This document shows, in pieces, positions 58,274 to 64,000 of a DNA stretch of 64,000 nt. This stretch comes from Eledone cirrhosa (taxonomy: Eukaryota), in assembly GCA_964016885.1 (NCBI GenBank), contig OZ024740.1, positions 27,032,001 to 27,096,000 of the forward strand. Reading direction: 5' to 3'. Numbering within the stretch: position 1 is the first letter of the stretch; every line of letters begins with the position of its first letter. The notes beneath the pieces were generated by a model. It saw only the letters and a list, made by a program, of their open reading frames with translations. It was not told the origin of the DNA and did not search any database. Made by a program: the position numbers and the translations under genes.

Positions 58274-58351
58274 ATAATAATAAAAGTGAAGACTAAAATC
58301 CAAAGAGGGCTCGATAAGGAAAATATATATCAAATATATAAGAACCGTAGA

Positions 58352-58502
<151 letters not shown>

Positions 58503-58629
58503 GATAAATCTACCAAAATATACGGTAGTGTCCAATCCGAATGAAGAACTCAATGTAATCCAAATATCATGAAAAGAGATGCATTCAAAAATTTTCGATG
58601 AAAATCATTGGAAAACAGAGTCAAGATAA

Positions 58630-58981
58630 ATTAATAAAACAATGAATAAAAACAAAGAACAAGTTCTTTATATTAAACAATTTATCATTTTACGATCGTT
58701 TCTAGGATATATATGTGTGTTGGTATGTATATTATATAGATCTATGTAAAAATGTTATAAACTATCAGAGGAAATATACATACCTTCACATATATATGCT
58801 GTCTTCAGAAATAATGAAGGTATAATGAAGGTTGTATATTTCCTCTGATAGTTTGTAAAATTTTTACATAGATCTATATAATATACATACCAACACACAT
58901 ATATATCCTAGAAACCACCGTAAAATGATGCATTTTTTAATATAAGGAACTAGTTCTTTGTTTTTATTCATTGTTTTTTTA

Positions 58982-58986
<5 letters not shown>
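58630..58986. repeat. About 355 bp palindrome next to (TA)n
   Basis: Arms 58630-58786 and 58826-58986; contains the extended hammerhead. Confidence 0.85.
58684..58815 (-). ncRNA. Type-I hammerhead motif with greatly extended stem-loop II
   Basis: Minus strand: attattt CTGAAGA cagc-atatatatgtg..(~70 nt)..cacatatatat-ccta GAAA cgatcg TA aaatgat. Confidence 0.6.
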
Positions 58987-59027
<41 letters not shown>

Positions 59028-59534
59028 AACATACTGGTGGAGTACTAAAATATAATTTCTAAGCTCCCCGAGGCAATATTTCACAATATTTCACGAGTAA
59101 AGCACATACTGAGTATTGAACAAAATGAAAAAGACAAAAAATAGTCTTTTGGTATATTAAATAACTGAGGCTAAAGCACAGACATACCCACAAACACCTA
59201 CACCCACTCACACCATCACACAATATATATATATACAGAGAGAGAGGTGGGATGATAGAGTGGGGGTGAGAGTGAGAGGGATAGAGAAAGAGAAGGAGTC
59301 GGGAAGATGGAAATGATGCTTAAATCTATTTAGCAAAATAAATAGGTCCCTAGTTAACGAAATCAAAACGCTTGCAGCCAGGCAATAAATTTTCTTTGTC
59401 CATAGATAATTTCGTTATTGTCTATTGTGATTTGGTTAACTAACGTTCTATTTTAGTCTACTAAATAGATTTAACCAACACACACACACATATATATGTG
59501 TGTGTACATATATATATATGTATATATATATATA

Positions 59535-59584
<50 letters not shown>

Positions 59585-59766
59585 TATATATACATATATA
59601 TATATGTGTGTATATATATATATATATATAAGCAAAGGGATATTTAATTTGTTGGTAATTCAACAAATATATATACTTATAACAGATTCGAAGAACTCGA
59701 CAAGTTTTCTGGAGTATAATATCAATGATATAAATAAATGGAAACTATATTTATAAAACCGTATTC

Positions 59767-59825
59767 ATTCTAGTATATATATTTCAAGGGTACCACAACT
59801 TTGGTACGCCCTCATCAGATAAAAT
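59767..59825 (-). ncRNA. Type-I hammerhead motif (family A)
   Basis: Minus strand: attttat CTGATGA gggc-gtacca-aagttg-tggtac-cctt GAAA tatata TA ctagaat. Confidence 0.75.
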
Positions 59826-59919
59826 ACAAAGTTTGTTTTATAAATATTGACATATCCAGGAATGAGTTCTTAACGGTTCAAGTTTCACCTGGAAAGTATA
59901 TATATATAGTATATATAGT

Positions 59920-59959
<40 letters not shown>

Positions 59960-60078
59960 CGAGAGAGAGAGAAAGAGAGAAAGAGAGAGAGAATATACAG
60001 AGAGTTAGGTAGATAAGATAGATAGATAGAAAGATAGTTAGATAGATAATAAGATAGATAGATAGATGGATAGATAGA

Positions 60079-62712
60079 TATGTTTCTTTTATTTGCCACC
60101 AGGGCATCAAAAGTGGGACAAGTACAATGGGGGGAGTTTACAAAACAAGGCGTCCTCAATAAGGAGGAGGCAATAACAATATATAAAAATAAAATAAAAT
60201 ATAACAAAAAATAAAATTTATAACAAAGTCCTCAATAGAGAGGAGGCGCCTTGGGTGTCGCACACCCCCCCGAAAAAAGTGTGCAACCCTTCTCCTCAGG
60301 AGCACAGAAAAGGGTGCTCCCTTGGTCTTTCATCTTCCTCACCTATAGTCTGATGTAGAGTGAAGGCCCATTCACACGGGCCATTCTCGCCACTTTCACC
60401 CATCTTTCATAGAAACGGCTGGGGTGCAGCACCTCTCTCTCCATCCTGATTCTTCTTCCGAAATGATATCGGAAGAAACGGACCAGTTGTTGGCCAGAGA
60501 GAAAGGTGTCTGACCTCAGTCCTTTCAGACGCGTCCACCATACAACCTCTTTCGCCATGGCTATTACGCACAGAAACACCGCCTCTCCTTCGTGTTTGAA
60601 GAGGGGAGGCGGCTTGATCGTTACAATAGACTCGGTGGTCAACCGGATCGGTCCCACCCTTGACAGCAGTTGTTCGACATAGCCCCACAGATCGGCAATG
60701 CCCGAGCAGTGTACCAATGCGTGTGCAACGGTTTCCTCGTCGCACACGCATCTGGGACAGACCTTTTTCGATGGGTCCCTACCCGGGCGCCCGTGTCTGT
60801 AGAGCCTTTCTCGAACGGGCAGAGCCCTTCTGTAGCATTGCCAGGCCAGGGACCTCTGGAACTTATCCATGGGTCCCGGGCTGAATGTCCTACCGAACAG
60901 GTTGGCCAGTTCGTCTTCCTCCATGCCTAGGGCTTCTCCGAGGGCGTCGTCGCACCTGCTAACCACCAGCCCTCTATAGAATGACGAGGTGGATTCTCCA
61001 CTGACAGCCGGGTCCGCCTGCCAGAGAGCCGTGAGCGCCTGGGCACACTCGGTGTGCCAGGCGCCCAGTTTTCTCGGTCTTTGCTTGACCCAGGATTGCA
61101 GCTCGGTGAGTGAGACGAGTCTGGGAAAGGCTCGCCTCACAAACGGGGCCCACACCGGTTGACCGGAGAGGAATACCTGAAGGTGCCGTAGCCTTAATGC
61201 GTGTTTACGTATCATCAGCCACGGCATCCCCAGCCCTCCTTTCGAAGGGTGTTGACAGCAGATGGATCTCCTCACCATAGGAGCCCGCTTCTTCCAAAGG
61301 AATTGGAAGAGTGCGCGCTCCATTTTGGCGAGCGTTTCCCTTGGGCAAGGCACCACGGTCAGGCGGTAGTAGATGACGGACGCTATATAAGTGTTCGCCA
61401 CCTCCGCCCGACCTTTCAGGGACAGTTTGCACTCGGCCCACTTCTGGGTCAGTGCAAACACCCTGCTCGTCACCTCACCCCAGTTCTTCTCCACCTGGAG
61501 GTCTGGTCCGAACCAGACCCTGAGCAATTTCACCGGGCCCTCCGTCCAGCGCCCGACGACGCCATCGGAGGGCATCGATCTGCCCCTCCACGTGCCGAGT
61601 TGCAGACCGATCGACTTGTCCCGGTTCAGCTTAGCCCCTGTAAACCTTTCGTACTCCTCCAGTAAGGTGCCGATCGCCCCGATTTCCGAGGCCATCGACA
61701 CCATTACTGTTACGTCATCGGCGTAGGCTGACACCACTTTCCGCAATCCCGGTTCCAACGGGATGCCCTGCAACAACTCCAACTTCCGCAGCAGTGGCTC
61801 TAGAGTCACTACATACAGAAGGGAGGAGAGAGGGCACCCCTGTCGGATGGACCGCGCGATTTCGAACGGCTCCGAGAGGTAGCCGTTCACCTTGACCCTA
61901 GAGCAGATGCGGCTGCTGTGCATGGCATTGATCCAGCCCCTGAAAACGGGTCCGAAGCCTGCCGCCGCTAGCACCGCATCCAGGTAACCATGGTCGACCC
62001 TATCGAATGCCTTAGATTGATCCAAGTTGATCAGGGCCCCACCAAAGCCGGGTTCGTTCCCAACCCTCTCTATGATGTATCGCATGAGGTGGAGGTTATC
62101 GTGGATGGACCTGGACGGGATAGCACATGTCTGCGCATCTCCCACCAGGTTGCCCACGACAAGCGCCAACCTCTTTGCTAGCACCTTGGCCAAAATCTGT
62201 AACTCTGTATTTAGCAGAGTTATGGGCCTGAAATTATTTATATCGTCCCCCTTGTTCTCGTCCTTCCTCACTAGAGTGACTACGCCCTTGGTCACAGCAC
62301 AGGGAATTCTCCCGTTCTGTCGCCAGTTGCAGTAGACCGCCTCGAGGAGTTCGGGGAACAAGTCCGGCATAGCTAGATATAGTTCGTATGGAAGACCATC
62401 GAGACCCGGGGATTTGCGTTTGCCGCATTGGCTCAACACGTCCTCTATCTCAGCGGCTGAAATCGGCTCCTCGCAGGACTTCGCCTCCCTGTCCGAGAGA
62501 CGCGGCAGGCCGTCGAGGTATGGACCGAAGTCCACGTCCCCAACCGGCCCCCCGCCCCTTCCGAACAATTCGGCAAAGTGCTTTTGAAAAGCCTCGCACA
62601 TCTGCTTAGGTTCAAGGATCACCCGTCCATCCTGGTCTCGCAAAGACCGGATAGTGGATCTGCTCCCTCTTTTGGCTTCTGTCACGCGGGCCCAGCTAAC
62701 AGCTTTGGTCCC
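60079..62712 (-). mobile_element. 5'-truncated copy of the same Tx1-like family
   Basis: Open frame 60343-62685 closely matches the RT and C-terminal part of ORF2 above; same 3' UTR; abrupt 5' end at 62712 running into (AGAT)n. Confidence 0.95.
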
Positions 62713-62952
62713 AGATAGATAGATAGATAGATAGATAGATATAAAAGGAAATGTATATATAAGAACATACTCTCATATAAAACATACTTTAGTATTCAAA
62801 AACTTTACATTTATGTATCTACGCCTAGAATTACATTTAAAATTAGGAGTTAATGAAACAGACTCCAGCTTTCTCATTATACGTAGATATCGATATTTCC
62901 AGCTGGTAAATGAGAAAATGTTTAAACATGGAATTTCTATAGATTCTGATAA

Positions 62953-63176
62953 TCATCATCATCCTTTTACGTCCGCTTTTCCCTGCTTGCAAGGGTGGGA
63001 CAGGTCCTATTCAGCACAGCATCTTTCCACTTGTCACGGTCCTTCGTCATCTCCACCATGAGCTTCAGCGACCTTAGGTCTGCTCTCACCACCTCCGCCC
63101 ATGTTGTTCGTCGTCTTCCTCTACTGCGTCTTCCTTCAACTGGCATTTCTTGGCACTTGAATTCTTCTATGGACAC
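62953..63176 (-). pseudogene. RTE-like LINE 3' end
   Basis: VEGRRSRGRRRTTWAEVV..DRDKWK followed by a (GAT)n tail. Confidence 0.7.
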
Positions 63177-63257
63177 CAGCCCAGAAACCTCACATCTATT
63201 GAATTGATTTCAGTATATAATTTGGTACCCCTTCTTTGACCTTGAAATAATAAACAT

Positions 63258-63499
63258 GGCACAAGGTCAGCAATTATCCCAGTGTATTCTGGTACTTTAT
63301 TTTATCGACCACGTAAGGATGAAAGGCAAAGTTAACCTCGGCGGGATTTGAACTCAGACCATAAAGGGCCGTAACTGGTCCGAGTTCAAATCCCGCCGAG
63401 GTTAACTTTGCCTTTCATCCTTACGGGGTCGATAAAATAAAGTACTAGTAATACACTGGGGTAATTGCTGGCCTTGTGCCAAAAGTAGAAACAATTATT
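63258..63499. mobile_element. Two 5'-truncated SINE family 1 copies fused head-to-head
   Basis: Arms 63258-63361 and 63378-63480 are near-perfect reverse complements. Confidence 0.85.
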
Positions 63500-63814
63500 T
63501 CAGAGATTTATTATTTCAATGTCAAAGTTCTGTACTAATGGTATCTAATTTAGAGACAAGTCCAGCAAATAGGGCGAGGAGAAGGTGATTCTATCGACAC
63601 CAGTATTTATCTGGTATTTTATTGAATCATTCCCGGAAGAAATGATATGCCAAAGAGATTTCGGTCGCATTTGAAATCAGAAGGTATAAAAAGGAATTTA
63701 TTGATTACGCCAATACACAATTCCGGTATGTAAATATGGTGCAATATATAAATATGGTGTTTTAACATGAGAGAGATATAATTTTAGTAGTGTGTGTATA
63801 TATATAATATATAT

Positions 63815-63846
<32 letters not shown>

Positions 63847-64000
63847 GGGATAACAAGATATCATTATATGTAATCCAGTTAGAGGTGGTGAGTGCTCTGC
63901 GTCGTGGATAATTTTAGCGTAGGGCTTGTTTTGACTCAACAAGATGCTTCCATAGTTAGGCAGCGAGTTCGCGGTAATTTTTATGCAGGTTATACTTGGA

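Overview
This is AT-rich, microsatellite-saturated eukaryotic DNA, apparently intergenic or intronic. The SINE types and (TA)n density suggest a cephalopod such as Octopus (inference). No host gene is recognisable, and almost all listed ORFs are artefacts of (TA)n/(CA)n/(GGT)n repeats. The only clearly coding content is an intact two-ORF L1/Tx1-type LINE (49051-54770, minus strand), a 5'-truncated sister copy (60079-62712), a tiny third 3'-end fragment, and short RTE-like remnants. All three Tx1-type insertions sit in (GATA)n tracts. There are many tRNA-derived SINEs, including a head-to-tail array. The most unusual signal is at least seven unrelated families of short non-coding elements embedded in (TA)n tracts. 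They carry type-I hammerhead ribozyme motifs (CUGANGA...GAAA...UH), and many form asymmetric fold-back palindromes whose turn-around point lies inside or beside the ribozyme. This resembles Penelope-like pLTR or retrozyme remnants, but no cognate reverse transcriptase is present in the window. All structures were read and paired by eye.
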